Source of the DNA: Heptranchias perlo
Taxonomy: Eukaryota
Reading direction: 5' to 3'
DNA: 64,000 nucleotides
NCBI RefSeq assembly: GCF_035084215.1
Contig: NC_090349.1
Coordinates: 20,770,001-20,834,000 of the forward strand
Below, piece after piece: positions 1 through 13,718 of the stretch (the first letter of the stretch is position 1; every line of letters begins with the position of its first letter). The position numbers were made by a program, and so were the translations under genes. Below the pieces are notes generated by a model, which had not been told where the DNA came from, ran no database searches, and saw only the letters and a list, made by a program, of their open reading frames with translations.

Positions 1-296
1 TGCTCTCTCGCCAGCCCCCTTCAGGTATGGGCTTCTTCTGTGGCATTTTTCAGCATATTATAACCCTCATCCCTGTTTCATTTCTTACAAGAGAAAGCAA
101 GGCAACAACAGAAGGCTGTGCTTGGCAACAGCATGAGGGGAAATCTCCACAAGGGACCTCACTCCCTTTGAGGAGTGGGCATTCTCCATACCAGGAAACC
201 ATATTCTGGAGGTTGCGGGAGAATGAGAAGCAGGAGGGCAAGTCCCAGCAAGGGGTTTGTGTGTCAATGCTTCTTGCAGGACACTGAAATATAACA

Positions 297-1081
297 GGCC
301 AGATTTTGTTGTGAGTGGAAAACGAATGATGCCAGCCATTTGTTAGACTTGTCCTTGCCCATAGACTTTCTATGAGCTTTTGCATGGCAAGTTCCTGAAA
401 ATTAGAGATCCAAAAAGCACGGTGCTCTCTACAGGGCATCTGAGACCTGTGTGAACAGGGCAAGCAGCTGTGTATCTTCTTAACCAATCAGATTGAAGCA
501 TTGTTAATGAGCAGTGCGGAGATTTGAACCAGGAAGTGTAGGTTAGAATAGTGAATTCAATGTCAGACCAGGTACAGTAAGCGAAATAAAGAGAGGGAAA
601 GAAAGATTGGATTAAGATACAGTGTTAAAGGAGACAGAAAGAAAAAGTAAGAAAAACATGTTTTGTTAATTTTTTTTTAAATGTCCAACAATAATTAATA
701 CCTGAAGGAATGAGACTTCACACCTTTAAAAGTTAATTTTCAGTGCCAGAGAGATTGTTTGGGAGTAATTAGGACTTACCATGCTGTTAAATGGTACTTA
801 CACTGGATTAGACAAGCCCTAACTTTTTTTGGTGAGTTTAGTTTGTATCTATGAGGTAAGTACAGGAACTCCACACCATCCAACACATTCGGACGATGAG
901 TCGGACAGCGAGAGGTCGTTTTCACGCAGCTTTTGGAGAAGTAGGTCATCTCGAACAGCAATGTCTTGATTTCCGTGTTAAACTGCGCATGTGCGGTCGC
1001 CAGAATTTACTATCCAATTTGCACATGAATAACAGTGAGCACTGTTAGCCGCACCGTTATTTTAACAGCAAAATCCCTACC
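297..1081 (+). mobile_element. Non-autonomous Harbinger-type MITE, family A
   Basis: Ends are GGCCAGATTTTGTTG and CAGCAAAATCC. The first ~300 bp match the reverse complement of 42525-42832, and the interior is similar to 46050-46457 plus 51236-51610. Confidence 0.7.
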
Positions 1082-1534
1082 CACTCACCAGCTCAAAGAT
1101 ATCCACCCTGGAAGGTTTAGATAGACAGCATGAGGGCAGCACAAATGGTAAGTCATAGAGTACAGGTGGACAGGAGCAGGTGAACGAAGGAGGGTGAGGT
1201 CACCTCTCTCCCAAGCTGCTGAGGCCATGGAACCAGTTTCCACGGCCCAGCTTTTAAAATAAAGATACTTTCTGTACAGTGCAGGATGTTGGGGTCATTG
1301 TGGATCTGCCAAGAAGCTTCCATCAAATGAAAACTAATATGGAGGAATCCAACAGTTGCAAGAGTGCAGTGCTGAGGGTGGCCTTGCAGAACCTGTAGAC
1401 ATCCTTGGATAGAGTGTGAACTCCAGGACCATCTGCAGCACAGTCCCCCACCAGAGATGACAGTTCAGGTGGCTGCTTTCCAGGCTTTGGGCTGCACTAT
1501 CACTGCAACATTGCGTATGGTTACTGATAATCTT

Positions 1535-2272
1535 AGAAAGAAAGAAAGACTTGCCTTTATATTTATAGCAGGACGTCCCAAAGTGCTTAACAACCAATTA
1601 AGTACTTCTTGAAATGTAGCCACTGTTGTGATGTAGGAAACATGGCAGCCAATTTATACACAGCAATCTCCCACAAGCAGCAATCAAATAATCACCAGAT
1701 AATCTGTTTTTAGGTGTTGATTGAGGGGTTAATCTTAGCCTGAATCAAGAATGAGGGGGCATAATCTTGAAATTAGAGCTAGGCCATTTAGGAGGGAAAG
1801 CAGGAAGTACTTTTTCACACAAAGGGTTGAAGAAATCCTGCTGAAGTCTGTGGATGCTGCGACGATTAGAGCTTTCAAGACTGAGATCGATAGATTTTTT
1901 TTCAGGTAAGGGTATCAAGAGATATGAAGCTACGGCAGGTAAATGAACTTGGGGTACAGGACAGCCATGATCTAATTGAATGGCAGAGCAGGCTCGAAGG
2001 GCTAAATGGCCCACTCCTGATCCTACGGCACCAGGAAAACTCCCCTGCTCTTCTTCAACATGGTGTCATGGGATCTTTTATGTCTACCTGAGAGAGCAAA
2101 CAGGACCTCGGTGTAACGTCTCATCTGAAAGACAGCACCTCGGACAGTGCAACACTCCCTCTGTACTGCACAGGTGTCAGCCTAGATTAGATGCTCAAGT
2201 CTCTGGAATGGGGCTTGAACCCACAGATCTTCTGACTCAGAGCCGAGAGTGTTACCACTGAGCCAAGTCTGA
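1535..2272 (-). mobile_element. tRNA-head Deu-domain SINE (SacSINE1/AmnSINE1-like), interrupted by a CR1 3' fragment
   Basis: The reverse strand shows a tRNA-like head (GGCTCAGTGGTAAC...GGTTCAAGCCC), the Deu core GAGGGAGTGTTGCACTGTCCGAGGTGCTGTCTTTCAGATGAGACG, and an L2-like tail. It is homologous to 24058-26298 and 29646-29900. Confidence 0.8.
1745..2025 (+). mobile_element. CR1 LINE 3' end fragment inserted in a SINE
   Basis: Reads SRMRGHNLEIRARPF (end of CR1 ORF2), followed by a 3'UTR similar to 48500-48790. Confidence 0.8.
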
Positions 2273-4534
2273 CCCTGATGTTGCCCAGATGAGGCATGAA
2301 GTGGGGGCAGGCATCCATGATATTATTGAAGCAATCAGGTCTGTGCGCTTCCAATGAGAATGACATGGAGGCTCCAAGTAGGAACGGGACAGATATGACC
2401 ATGGAAGTAAGGCTGTCTTTCAGGATAGCAGCATTTCCACACCACTCCTCCACCCACCACCTATGACAGTCCAACAGCCAGAAGGCAGGCTGTGCCTGCA
2501 GTTGCAAAGAGTTCTTATTCTTTAGCGGGACCATCTTGGCTTCTTGCTCAAATACATCAAGGGCCGTCTCAATCTCAACACCACGGACTGGAGACACAGC
2601 TTTGCCCCCTTTCCTGGTCTTTTGTCAGTGGGCGTTCACTTGGAAGGAGGCACTAAGATAAGTAGCCACACACCCAGACCACAACGATAGAAAAACGGGT
2701 AGAAAGGAAACATTGTGGTAAGAAAGAGTAGGCAGTCGCATAAACACGGTACTGTAATAAATCACTGTTGCAATTCAATCAAAGTTCAATCAGTGTCTTT
2801 TTTTACTGTACATGAACAGAGCGAACAAATCTGGATATGTACACTGAATATTTGGGAATAGGAGTTTGACTGCAGGTTTGACTGTGAGGATTATCTTGTA
2901 TTGATTGTATGCAAAGGTGGAAAGAGGATTCCTGCCCTTTGCTAGTGAAACATTCGATGGGGGCTCTCGAGAGGGCCAGGAGAATATTGTCAGCAGCTGT
3001 CAAGGGAGATTGTGGTTGTTGTTTCTCTTCTGCCTCCAAATAAGCCACCTAACAAAAGGGAGGGGTTGCCACTGTACCAAACATGGCATCTCTGAGGGAG
3101 CAGAAATGAGTTACAGCTTTGTGCCACTATTTCTATGGCTGAGAAACCATTTTTATTCAAAAGGGCAAAAACAAAGACCTTTCTTAACAACAGCAGGCTG
3201 TCCCTTTAAGACAGAAAGCATCTAAATAGCAGCTTTGAAAGCTATCGTTCCAGGTTTTGGGGGTGAGGGAGGAGTTGTTTGCCCCTGAGCCGTACCCAAT
3301 GCTAGAGCAGGTCTCTGACATTCATTTAGGTTGAACTTACATTCCTGCACCCTCTTCAACCACCAAAAAAGCTGCACAGGAAATTTAGCTGCCGTTCATA
3401 AATGGGAGCAAAGAATTAATAACTTTTTTTTCTGTGCTTAGTATCTGTTTTCAGGCATTATTTGGTTGCTAAACCCAGGAAAATTGTCTATTTAATGTCT
3501 CTTTAAAATGATTTTATATTGTACACAATTTTTTGAATGTTCAGGTCCATGTCTGCAGTATAGGTGAAATACACTAACACACAGGCCATTTTGTCCATAC
3601 ATTTCCAGTTACTTTACGCACTGCATTGTTTACCTTCCGATGCATGTTCCAAGCAAAGTTACAGTTTATAGGAAAGTAAAATTAGTTGTCTAATATACAG
3701 ATAAAAGGAGACCAAAGCCCACTTTTTCAATAGCCAGTTATATTATGATAATTTGCCTTTTTGTTTAATGTTACATGGATAATAACAGTGACTACACTTC
3801 AAAAATGATTCATTGGCTGTAAGATTTGTGGTGCAAATGTGTTTAATTATAATATACAATAAATTTTGAGTATAATTATATCTTAGAAATGATCCAGGAC
3901 TCCATAGGAATTAATAATTTTTGATAATGGTTTCTTGTATGAGTTAGAATGAATTGATAGTCAAGTGTGCTGTGGTTTGAGGGCAGAGGTGATGACTAAA
4001 TTCATTGTTTGTTGTGGGGGCTAAAGCTGGGTCAGGGCAGAAGATACTATAGTCTAATCTGCCTAGAGCCAACTGTTTTTTTTCTAGTTTTATTTGTTGC
4101 CATGTTGAAGGACAAAGGGGAATCCCATTCTACAGACCTTTCAGGAGGTTGTCATTGAAAACAAGGCAAAATCTATTGATAGTTTTTTGTAAGCTTAAGT
4201 GTCAGCTACAAGTGGGAGACAGGCCAATGACATGAGTGTAAAGCTAACTGAAATGCCGTACCGGCATAAAGAGTGACTTCAAAGCACATTCATGTTTTCT
4301 GTATAGCCGGGATAAATGTTTAACCTTTGACGGTTGATATGTCAAACCATTGGATGTTCAAATGCATTTACAAATCAGGGCTGAGAATTGGGACCTGAGA
4401 GTTTGATCTAACAACAGATAGGCAAGAATTGAAAGAGGAGATTATTCAAATCCATGCTGGGGCAGGGTTAGTTTTAGGGAACTGTCATGTCAACAGGTGC
4501 AATGATCCCAAAGCTGTTTTGAGGGCACGGAGAG

Positions 4535-4625
4535 AAAAAAAAAGAACTTGCGTTTATATAGTGCCTTTCACATCCTCAGGCCATCCCAAAGTGCCTTCCA
4601 GCCAATGAATCATTTTGAAGTGTTA
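4535..4625 (-). mobile_element. Deu-SINE 3' tail fragment
   Basis: AAGAACTTGCGTTTATATAGTGCCTTTCAC...CCCAAAGTGC matches the tail at 24060-24150. Confidence 0.7.
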
Positions 4626-5276
4626 TCTATGTAACATTAAACAAAAAGGCAAATTATCATAATATAACTGGTTATCGAAAAAGTGGGCTTTGGTTTCCTT
4701 TTATCTGTATATACAAATACAAAGGCTGTATACATGTGTATACTTCCTCCATAATCCTAACCCCAGCAATAGACATAAGTGGGTACAGTAGTTGCCTGCT
4801 ATGTGGTGTTACTGTCACGGAAGTCACTGAGGGTAGTGCTGTTAAACTGACGTTATAAGATGAATGGGAGGGAGTGAAATTGGAGCTGACTTGTTGGAAA
4901 CTGAAGAAATAATAAGACTTATCACCTTGTTAATAAACTTGAGCATGAACTGAAAGTCAACATGCTGAATATGGAAGACTAACACTAATTTCTAAGGACC
5001 AAAACAACTCCTTCAAGGTTTCAGAATTATCCCAGATAGGGACAAATTTCTTTGAGCTTGTTTTGGTTTTGATCAACTTATGATCTCATCAAAGCCAAAG
5101 ATCCAATTCTAATTCCATTGGCTGGCATGTGGGACTCTTTAGAAATGCAGTGATCGCTGCATCACCTCCACTTTACCAAAAGAGTATTCATCGAGTCATT
5201 TATGTACCTTCCAAGATCGATGCAGAGTGATACCTCCAAAGATGATCAACTTGGAAACATTGTCAGAGCAAATAGG

Positions 5277-5445
5277 TACAAGTTCTACCATTAGAGCAAC
5301 AGGAATTACAGAGCAAGCTTCATCATTGAACCAGCAGGAAATACAGACCAAACTCTACCATTGAGCCAATAGTAAATACAGAGCAAGTTACACCATTGAA
5401 CCACTGGGAAATACAGAGAAAACTTCACCATTGGACCATAAGAAA
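5277..5445. repeat. Degenerate ~35-bp minisatellite, about 5 copies
   Basis: Recurring unit similar to CAGGAAATACAGAGCAAACTCTACCATTGAGCCAA. Confidence 0.75.
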
Positions 5446-5509
5446 CCACTTCCAGTGCACGTCCTACCTCCACTCTGCTCAGTGAGTCTCCTGTGACTGA
5501 CTAAAAGCA

Positions 5510-5822
5510 CTTTACTCCTTCTGAAAGGTAGTTCCATAGGCCTGGAAAGTGAGTGTTGGCTGGTTATTTAACTTTGGGACATATTCAAGCCTAAATATGT
5601 CCAGCATTCACATACAAACCCTGTCAGCAGTCACTGAATAACAACCAGGCTGACTTTTTCCTTTCTTAGCCCAGTAGCGTTTATGGCAATTGTAACATTC
5701 CACCAAAGCCCTGGCTGAAATTACCTAATTCAACATTGGCCAGGCATCAAATTAACCACCTTCATGGTCTGTACTGCTTAGCATTGCTCCGCTATAAAGC
5801 ATTTACCCACTGAGTCACCAGA
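5510..5822 (-). mobile_element. tRNA-head SINE family B (AmnSINE2-like)
   Basis: Degraded homology to the copies at 16375-16795 and 42850-43288 (GGCTGA.AT.A.CTAATTCA.CA...CCAGG). Confidence 0.55.
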
Positions 5823-6261
5823 GGCATTTCCCTTCTAAATAATGTTCCAAATGTTCCGACATCATCTCAGCTTTATTTTAATTCTGCTGTTTAAAATGTT
5901 TTTGTGTGTAATATATAAAAAAAGTATTCAAAATAGTTTTGGTACAACATATGACAAACTCATGATTTAATAGTAGCTGATAGGTCTAAACTTTAACCTA
6001 TGGTATAGAAGAAGGCCCACCATGACCTTCCCTGGGCAACTAGGGATGGGCAATAAATACCAGCCTTTCCAGTGAGACCCACATCCCGAGAAAGAATAAA
6101 TAAATTTTAAAAGGACAGAATGTATATTGAGAAACATTGGATATGTGTCCCACATATATGAGTAAAATACTCTTTCTCACAGTTGGGATAGATTGCAAAT
6201 GCTCTTCCTCACCATGTGTCCTCTGTGTACAAAGCAGTGCCTATTAATAAGAAATAAAAAG

Positions 6262-6480
6262 AAAAACTGTAAATACTGGTTATCTGAAATAAAAATAGAA
6301 GCCGCTGGAATTGCACAGCAGGACGAACAGCATCCTGTAGAGAAAGGCAGGTTAAATTTTGGGTGGTGCCCTTCATCAGAGCTGTTCTGGTGAAGAGTAC
6401 TCATCTGACACATTATCCCGGCTCTTCACTTTCCAAAGACGATGGACCTCCTGTGCATTTTCAACACTTTCTGTTTTACT
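6262..6480. mobile_element. Penelope-like palindromic terminal-repeat relic
   Basis: Two inverted halves centred near CTTCATCAGAGCTGTTCTGGTGAAG. It is homologous to 28620-28730 and 59547-59735. Confidence 0.55.
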
Positions 6481-8071
6481 GCCTATTAATAAGACTTCAG
6501 TAGCAGAAATGTGAGTGACTGAGATTAGCTTGGCTCTGTCTGGCAGTCACAACAAGCCCGACAAGAGAATATGTTATTAAAACTTCCTAGAATCCTAATA
6601 AAACAGCTTCATCATGCTGTATGAAAAGGGTGTGAAGCAAGCTTGTGATTTTAAAAAAAGTTTAAAAAATCATTAACAAGGTTAATATTATTCATAACGA
6701 TTGATTGGAGTGTTTGTTGCTTTGATTATAAAATAGCACTTTTCCTCATTGGAAAGTGATGATTTGCTGCAAGTTAATATCTATGGAAATTTACAGTTTA
6801 CTAAAGATGCAACATCTTTTTGTCTTTGGCAATATGTTGCAGTACAAAGCTGTCAAAACTCGAATTGTCCTGATGTCCCTTCTTAAGATACTGCAGTGTT
6901 CTGCAAAGTTCAATGTTGTTTCTGTGATCATTTCAGCTGCACAAAAAAAAAACGGATGGGATTATAAATACAAATCCTTAGTAATAATGACTGATTTATT
7001 TTGATTATTAAAATTGTTCACTAGAAAACATCCAGCTGGGATGCAGTGCCACATTTCCAATGGGGTCCTGCTGAGAGTATAATTGTAATATGCAATTAAA
7101 AGCATTTCTGTAAATACAACTGTTAGTTTGTTTAAATACGTTTACTTAAAATATGTTAAAATATAACAGATCTTGAATGTGCAAAAATGGAAAAATAATT
7201 GGCAGGCTGTTTGAATGCAAATAAAACCCAGACAAATTAAGTCTGTTTTAAAGATACCTCAGTACAATCATACAGTAGAGGTTAAGGCTGCTGTATCCCT
7301 TTTCTCAATGATTCACTTGTCAGCTTCATAAATGTACAATCATCCAACCAGTGCTTATTGTATACTTGGGCTGACTTGGAGCATTACCATTAGGAAGTAG
7401 ATTACTGCAATAAAATTTAAATATCTTTCAAAAGAAAAGCAATTAGGATGAAATAATTACAGAACTTCATATGTGGGATAATGTTGTTTTATTTTTTATT
7501 GATTTCAATAAAGGCCCACAAAAGTCTAAGGATATTGAATTTTTAACCATATAGCTAGCAGTATAAAATGGATGCAAACATTCTTATGTAGCTCTTTAGT
7601 TTCTGAATATTTGATAGGATACTGCCACTGTAACAGATAATAGAAGGCAGAATTGAATAATTGTGAGAATTAAACAATAGATAGCGGAGGGATTCATCAT
7701 CACCTCATACAGAAATGTGCTGAGCCCACAGATGCTTATCCTGGACAAAGACAAGATGTGAAACAGCAGCTGGAATAGAACACGCTCCAGAGCTGAGGAA
7801 TTTCAGCAAAATTACAAGGTCTTTCGAAACGTAGAAACCCTGAATAACACAAATCAGGAAATAAATGAAAATGAAAGATTGTGCAGACCATTTTATTTTA
7901 ATCGGGAAACATTAACATATATTTTCTTTTTGCATCTAAAGTATCGAGGTATTTAACAAACTAGTGTCTGTATTTTCCTTGCATTTTCCAGAAGTTATTT
8001 TTTCACTGTGTTGTGCTGAAAGCTGGCATCTCGATAGTCAGTGAAGGAAAGGGGATAGATTCGGTGTTTAA

Positions 8072-8310
8072 AACAATATAGTGCCTTTAACATAGTAAAA
8101 CATCCCAAGGCGTATCACAGGAGTATTATTAGACAAAATTTGACACCGAGCCACATAAGGAGATATTAGGACAGGTGACCAAAAGCTTGATCAAAGAGGT
8201 AGTTTTTAAGGAGCATCTTAAAGGAGGAAAGAGAGGTAGAGAGGCAGAGAGGTTTAGGGAGGGAATTCCAGAGTTTAGGGCCTAGACAGCTGAAGGTACA
8301 GCCACCAGCT
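8072..8310 (-). mobile_element. L2 LINE 3' fragment
   Basis: Reads FSCLGPKLWNSLPKPL...FKMLLKNYLFDQAF, a typical L2 ORF2 C-terminus, plus tail. Confidence 0.8.
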
Positions 8311-8964
8311 AAGTTAGCACAAACGGTGACACTGAGGGAGCTGATCAAATCATTCTTCACACCAAAGCTTTGTCATATAGAACCCTATTTCTGTTCACTG
8401 CACTTTAGAATTTCCACGTTAAAGGTAAACCCCAGCTTCCAAAGAACACACAAGACTTCTTCTCTAGTTTCTAGCAGTTATAACCAATTCATTTTTATCC
8501 TTTCATTTACGAAGGAGGAAAAAAGAATTTTCAAAATTAATAATTTCCAGTTGCTCAGAGCAGCTATTTATTGTTTAGGAGACATCATTTTGTCATATGG
8601 TGACAATATCATATTGCTTGCTATTTCTGTCTAAAATACATAAGGAAACTAGAAATGTTAGCACAGAAAGGCTTAAACAGAAACAGATTTTTTTAATAGC
8701 GATTAAACAAAAGTATTTTCTATGCTCTCAAGGCTACCCTGCACTACATTTAAAGGAGAAAAAAATGAACTGAAGATATCCAGAATTCTTTCATTTCCAT
8801 TTAATTTCCACCAGCAGCAGAACATGTGACATTTGGCAAAGGAAAGGCTGCAAATGATCTCACCAAAGCAAACAAGGGTAATCATGATCAGTAGAAAACA
8901 GTCACTTTGAAACTAGCTGTTCCAATGCAGACGAGATAATAAAAATATTTTTAATTAAATATGT

Positions 8965-9365
8965 TTCTGGGATTGTTCTTCTTAGAGCAGAGGAGGTAAA
9001 GGGAAGATTTAATAGAGGTGTTCAAAATTATAAGGGGTTTTGATAGAGTAAATAGCGACAAATTGTTTCCACTGGCAGGAGGGTTGGTAACCAGATGCAC
9101 AGATTTTTAAGATAATTGACAAAAGAACCAGAGGTGAGATGAGGAGAATTTTTTTTATGCAGCGAGTTGTTAAGATCGGGAATGTACTACTTGAAAGGGT
9201 GGTGGAAACACATTCAATCGTAACTTTCAAAAGGGAATTGTATAGATACTTGAAAAGGGGAAAGAGCAGGGAAGTGGGACTGATTGGATAGTTCTTTCAA
9301 AGAGCCGGCACAGATACAATGGGCCGAATTGCCTCCTTCTGTGCTGTATGATTCTATGATTCTGT
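8965..9365 (+). mobile_element. CR1 LINE 3' fragment
   Basis: Degraded ORF2 end (GLFFLEQRR..EDLIEVFKII.GFDRV), ending in (ATTCTATG)n. Confidence 0.85.
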
Positions 9366-9423
9366 TTATTAAATATCAGTAGCTTGGACCATTGAATTTC
9401 TTTTTCAGATCATTTGGAAGATA

Positions 9424-9545
9424 TAGAATCATAGAATAGAATCATAGAAGTTTACAACATGGAAACAGGCCCTTCGGCCCAACATGTCCATGTCGCCCAG
9501 TTTATACCACTAAGCTAGTCCCAATTGCCTGCACTTGGCCCATAT
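9424..9545 (-). mobile_element. Very short, young CR1 3' end
   Basis: The reverse complement of 9437-9545 reads identical to 62809-62917, including the (ATTCTATG)n tail. Confidence 0.9.
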
Positions 9546-10685
9546 GATTGAAGGATAGGGATAATTGCAGGCTGAGATGAAATACTCCAATGGGCCTGAT
9601 GGGTCTCGTGCTACTGGAGCCATGAAGACAAATTTGAAGGAAAGTCATCTTTAACAGATCAAATACATAGATACATATTTTGATGCTTTGTTTGATTACT
9701 GTTCTACAGGACTTTCCTTCAGATGACTAAATGGGTTGGCTGGGGTTTGAAACAGGGTAGATAATGTATAGTCTGTGGAAGGAATGGTCTTGATGGGCCT
9801 ACTGGGCTTTTCTCATTCCATGCTTTCGTGGTTTTGAAGTGACGTGGAACATTACCGTTCTGTCACTGGTTTGTTAGCGTATTAGGGTGGTCACTAATAA
9901 TTGTACTGTGGTTTCCATATAAACATCTGTAACATTTGTACTGATGAGGAGGATTCCACCTAAAATGTCTTAGTTCATTTAGACTACAATTGTAATCAGC
10001 ATTCCCCAATGGAACACTGATTTATCAATCAACTCACTGTGGAACAGTGTCTTTACAGATGCAAATCAAACCTTTAACACTTCTAATGAGTTAACATCAA
10101 CAGAGTAAAATAAAATGGTGGGTTTTGCTTTCCTACTTTAAAGTTATTGAAGGTGTTAAAGGCTTAACACCCTATTCACACAATTTGATATAAAGTGCAA
10201 GGCTCTCTGAGTTCTCTTTAGCACATTTATGAAAATGCTCTCCAATTTACTGACTGAACTAGTGACATCTAGGGGTAATTTTAACCCCCAAGAACGGGTG
10301 GTTTGGGGGCGGGAGGGCGGGCCGATAGTTATAGGGGCAATTTAGGTAGTTGAAACACTTTAGGTACTTTTTGTGGATTCTGCAACAGAAACGGATTTAA
10401 CTTCTCCTGAACGTATCTCCAATGGCTTCTGAAACATGTCATTGAAATGGAGGCGAGATGCAGCCGAAGCTCATTTGGCCCTTTAAACCAGTGATTGACA
10501 CATCTCAATAAAAGGTGAGGTATTGCAGCTGGGCACTCAGTTCTCTCAGACAAACATGTGGCTGGAAGTTCTTTATGTTTAGACTGAGATTTCTTTGTTG
10601 AGACTGAGAATTCTTGTGTTCACACAAATTTACCAATATGTTGGAGCCCCTCAAATTGACAAGATCAGGATTGGCGGGGGACACA

Positions 10686-11530
10686 ATGGATCTATTCTAC
10701 AATACAACTGAGGAGAAGGAACATCACCATCCGCGGCAAGCACGTCGTGCAGCTCTGGGATCTACAGGTGCACAAGACAGAGGTGCGCAACAAGAACCTG
10801 GAGAAGAGCAGAGAGAGGACCAACAGAGGGGCCAACGCTGCAGGAGGCACTACCCACATGGGAGGGTATATAGGCAAATGCTAAGCTTCCTGGACCTCTC
10901 CAAGGAGAAGTGCCTACGCAGGGTGAGATTGAGTCGGCAGATGGTCGCAGACATCTGCAGGCTCCTTCAGGAAGAGTTGCTCCCGGCTGGACCTGGTGGC
11001 CACACATTGCCCTTCATAGTTAAAGTCACCACTGCCCTCAATTTCTTCGCCTCCGAATCCTTCCAGGGTGCCACCGTTGATATCTCCAGGTGTGTAAGAC
11101 AGGTGACGGATGGCTTGTTTGCCAGGTCATCCGACTATGTAAACTTTCCCCACAACGACATTAGCCAGACTGAGAGGGTAGTGGGTTTCACTCTCTGGCT
11201 GGCATCCTACGGGTGCAGGACGCAATCAATTGCACACACATGGCAATCCGAGGACCACCACATGAGCCAGGAATGTCCATTAACCGAAAGAGCCATCACT
11301 CTGTTAATGCACAGCAGGTGTGCGACCACCGGAAGAGATTTTTGCAGGTATGCACCAGATTCCTTGGCAGCTGTCAAGATTCATCCAATTTGCATGAGTC
11401 CAACATTCCGGACCTCTTCCACACAGGAGACAGATGTAAGAGCAGGCACCTTGGAGACAATGCCAGAGCAGCAGCGCACGTTGCTGCCCGTGATGCCAGG
11501 GATGCCCTCATCTCTAACAGGTTCTCATAA
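10686..11530 (+). pseudogene. HARBI1-like DDE transposase pseudogene of Harbinger 1
   Basis: Motifs KVTTALNFFASESFQ, AINCTH, NRKSHHSVNAQQVCDH and GSCQDS. It is frameshifted, and an internal deletion near 11440 removes the GDxGY and RxxIE motifs. Confidence 0.9.
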
Positions 11531-11867
11531 TGAGGTATGCAATGTGAAGAATTTGACATACTCAGGCCGCCTGGAACAACCACCATCAGCACCAGCTCCA
11601 CCACCAACTCCCCCTCCTCCTGCTTTACCCTAAATAGTCCTTCAACCACGCAAACACCCATTGCACACACACCCAATGGGTGTCATCATGTCTTGACATT
11701 CATGATGAAGCAAATGAAAGGGCGACTTCACACTCGGGACGTAATAATGACCAAGATGTGGCAGTGGTGATAATGATTAAATTTAATGTGGCATAAAAAA
11801 AATACACATCAACAACATGACATTTCATCAGACACCCTTGTGTAAACCCTTGGTCAACTACCATTGC

Positions 11868-13718
11868 TTAACCTTTCGCTTTTTGCCACTACTATATGGT
11901 GCACTCCTGTGGCTTCAGCAAAGGTAGAGGCAGGCTGCTGAGAAACCTGCCCTGACTGCTGAGATACTCTCAGCCTACGTCCTCTGGATTTTGGAGTGCT
12001 TGAGGGCCCTGCCTAAGGCAGCTCCACCTGTACCTGTACAGGAGCAGACTCGGCCATCGGGAGAGGAGGCAGCATTACGGATACTGTTTGAGGTGGGGGC
12101 AATCGTTGAGACATGAGAGTGCTTTGAGTGGAGTTCCCACTTCCATGTCCTTTTTCGCCATCATCCCTCTCCCGGGCCAGGACAACATCACTCCCACCAC
12201 TCTGCTGCACAGCAGCTTGGTGAACAGATATGCCACGTTATAAGACCACTCATAAGGTATCTGTCATCCTGTTTAAGGCTGCTGACATGTTGGCATCCAG
12301 AGTCTGCACGGCCATTGTCACAGTCTGCATAGACTCATTTGAAAGCTGTGCTTGAAGCTCAATGGAGATTGCCACTCTCCATTGCAGACATTCTCATACT
12401 TACCTGCAACAACAATTCACTAGCGATGGAGTTGGACTCCTCCGGAGTTAGTCTCCGCAATTATGGAGAGCGTGCATGGCACATTTTCCACTACCTCTTA
12501 AAGGTGCAGCTACACCTCAGTCATTCTCCTTCTCAATGATGGCCCCGAGGGTTCAGCATCTGGGTCCTGCTGAGCAGAGCTTGGAGAGGAGTGCGCCCCC
12601 TGACATGGGCTCTCCACAGCTGCCCCACCACCAGTGTCTGCTTGTGCACACTTGTGAGTGGTGAATCATAAGGTGACAACCCAACTATCTGTCCAACAGA
12701 ATTGAGATTGTCTGCCCTGGTACGTGGCTGGATATCCTGTGACACAGCACCCTGAGAAGGAATGAGCTCCTCTGAGGAATCGTTGTCTTCCATTTCCCCT
12801 GGTTGATCCCCCTGAAGTCATGAAGGCCCTGGAAGACAACAGAAAACGATATGAATTATTCATCGAAAAAGTGACAATCTTTCCAATGGCCATACTGAGG
12901 TGTCTCATAGTTCAGTCATTGATGAAATAAAGTCATCACGTGTGTGAAAGATATTTAAGTTCTGTTACCAGGCATATGTGGGTTCCCAGTCTCTCCATCT
13001 CTGATGGATAGGGATGCCGATGTCCCACTTATCGCCATGGCCTCCTCCTCTGCATCTGTCAGCTGGACTATTTGTGAGGGACCACCTCCAGATCAGGTCC
13101 TCTCCCTTGTATTTTGTGCTCTCTTCTACAAAGGGAGAAAGAACAGACCTGTGAATAACTGAAGGTGACATTTTCACCCTATGAATGCATTGCTTTGGGT
13201 GAGGCTGACAATGAAACAGATGTATCAGAGGGTGATTATCAGACAGATGCATCACATTGCATCAGGATTGGGGTGAGTTTCAGTGATGGGTGTATAAATG
13301 GGGAGTTGAGAAAGTACATCGAAAGTGAAGGATGGTTGATGCTGAAACTTAATTGGGTTTGAGGAGTGATGTGATGGGGTAGACATGCCAACACAGGGTG
13401 AGATGAGTGGCGGGGTAGGGGGAGGAGGGGAGGGGTTGCACAACACACAATGTTAGTGAATCAGCAAATGTACTCACTTTTCCTGACCGGGTTCGGTCAT
13501 TAAAGTGCTTCCTGCACTGCAGTCAAGACCTGGTCACTGTGCTCCTGCTGTTCACCTCTTCTGCCACCTCCAGCCCACTCCTTCTTGGTGGCAGAAGCAG
13601 GTTTCTTCCTCCTATCACCTGGGTATAACACCTCCCTCCTGCTTCTCACGACAGCCAGTAGTAGCTCAAGGGAAGCATCTGAGAACCTGGGTGCTGACTT
13701 TCTCCTATGCCCTTCCAT
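11868..13718 (-). pseudogene. Myb/SANT-like (MSANTD/NAIF1-type) DNA-binding gene of Harbinger 1, three exons, disrupted
   Basis: Exon 1 is 13718-13478 (MEGHRRKSAPRFSDASLELLL...; donor GTGAGT). Exon 2 is 13125-12969 (KRAQNTRER; acceptor TTTGTAG, donor GTAACA). Exon 3 starts at 12828 (acceptor TCTTCCAG). Stops and frameshifts are present. Confidence 0.85.

Larger units (their letters stand above)
1..3240. mobile_element. Highly decayed Harbinger-like transposon remnant, interrupted by a MITE and a SINE
   Basis: 91-254 (+) reads RKQGNNRRLCLATA*GEISTRDLTPFEEWAFSI, resembling exon 2 of the Myb genes in the other two Harbingers (KRAQN.RER..TGGG...LT..EE.A). About 1338 (+) reads MEESNSCKS, versus MEESNSCMS in ORF 33966..34802. 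There is weak transposase-like sequence on the - strand at about 2800-3050. Confidence 0.5.

Noticed and set aside
2195-2272. tRNA gene
   Set aside because: It is the tRNA-derived head of a SINE, contiguous with the Deu domain, and I could not build a clean cloverleaf.
10614-11633. 339-aa ORF as a domesticated HARBI1 host gene
   Set aside because: It lies between TIRs with a TSD, shifts out of the transposase frame before the catalytic motifs, and has an internal deletion.
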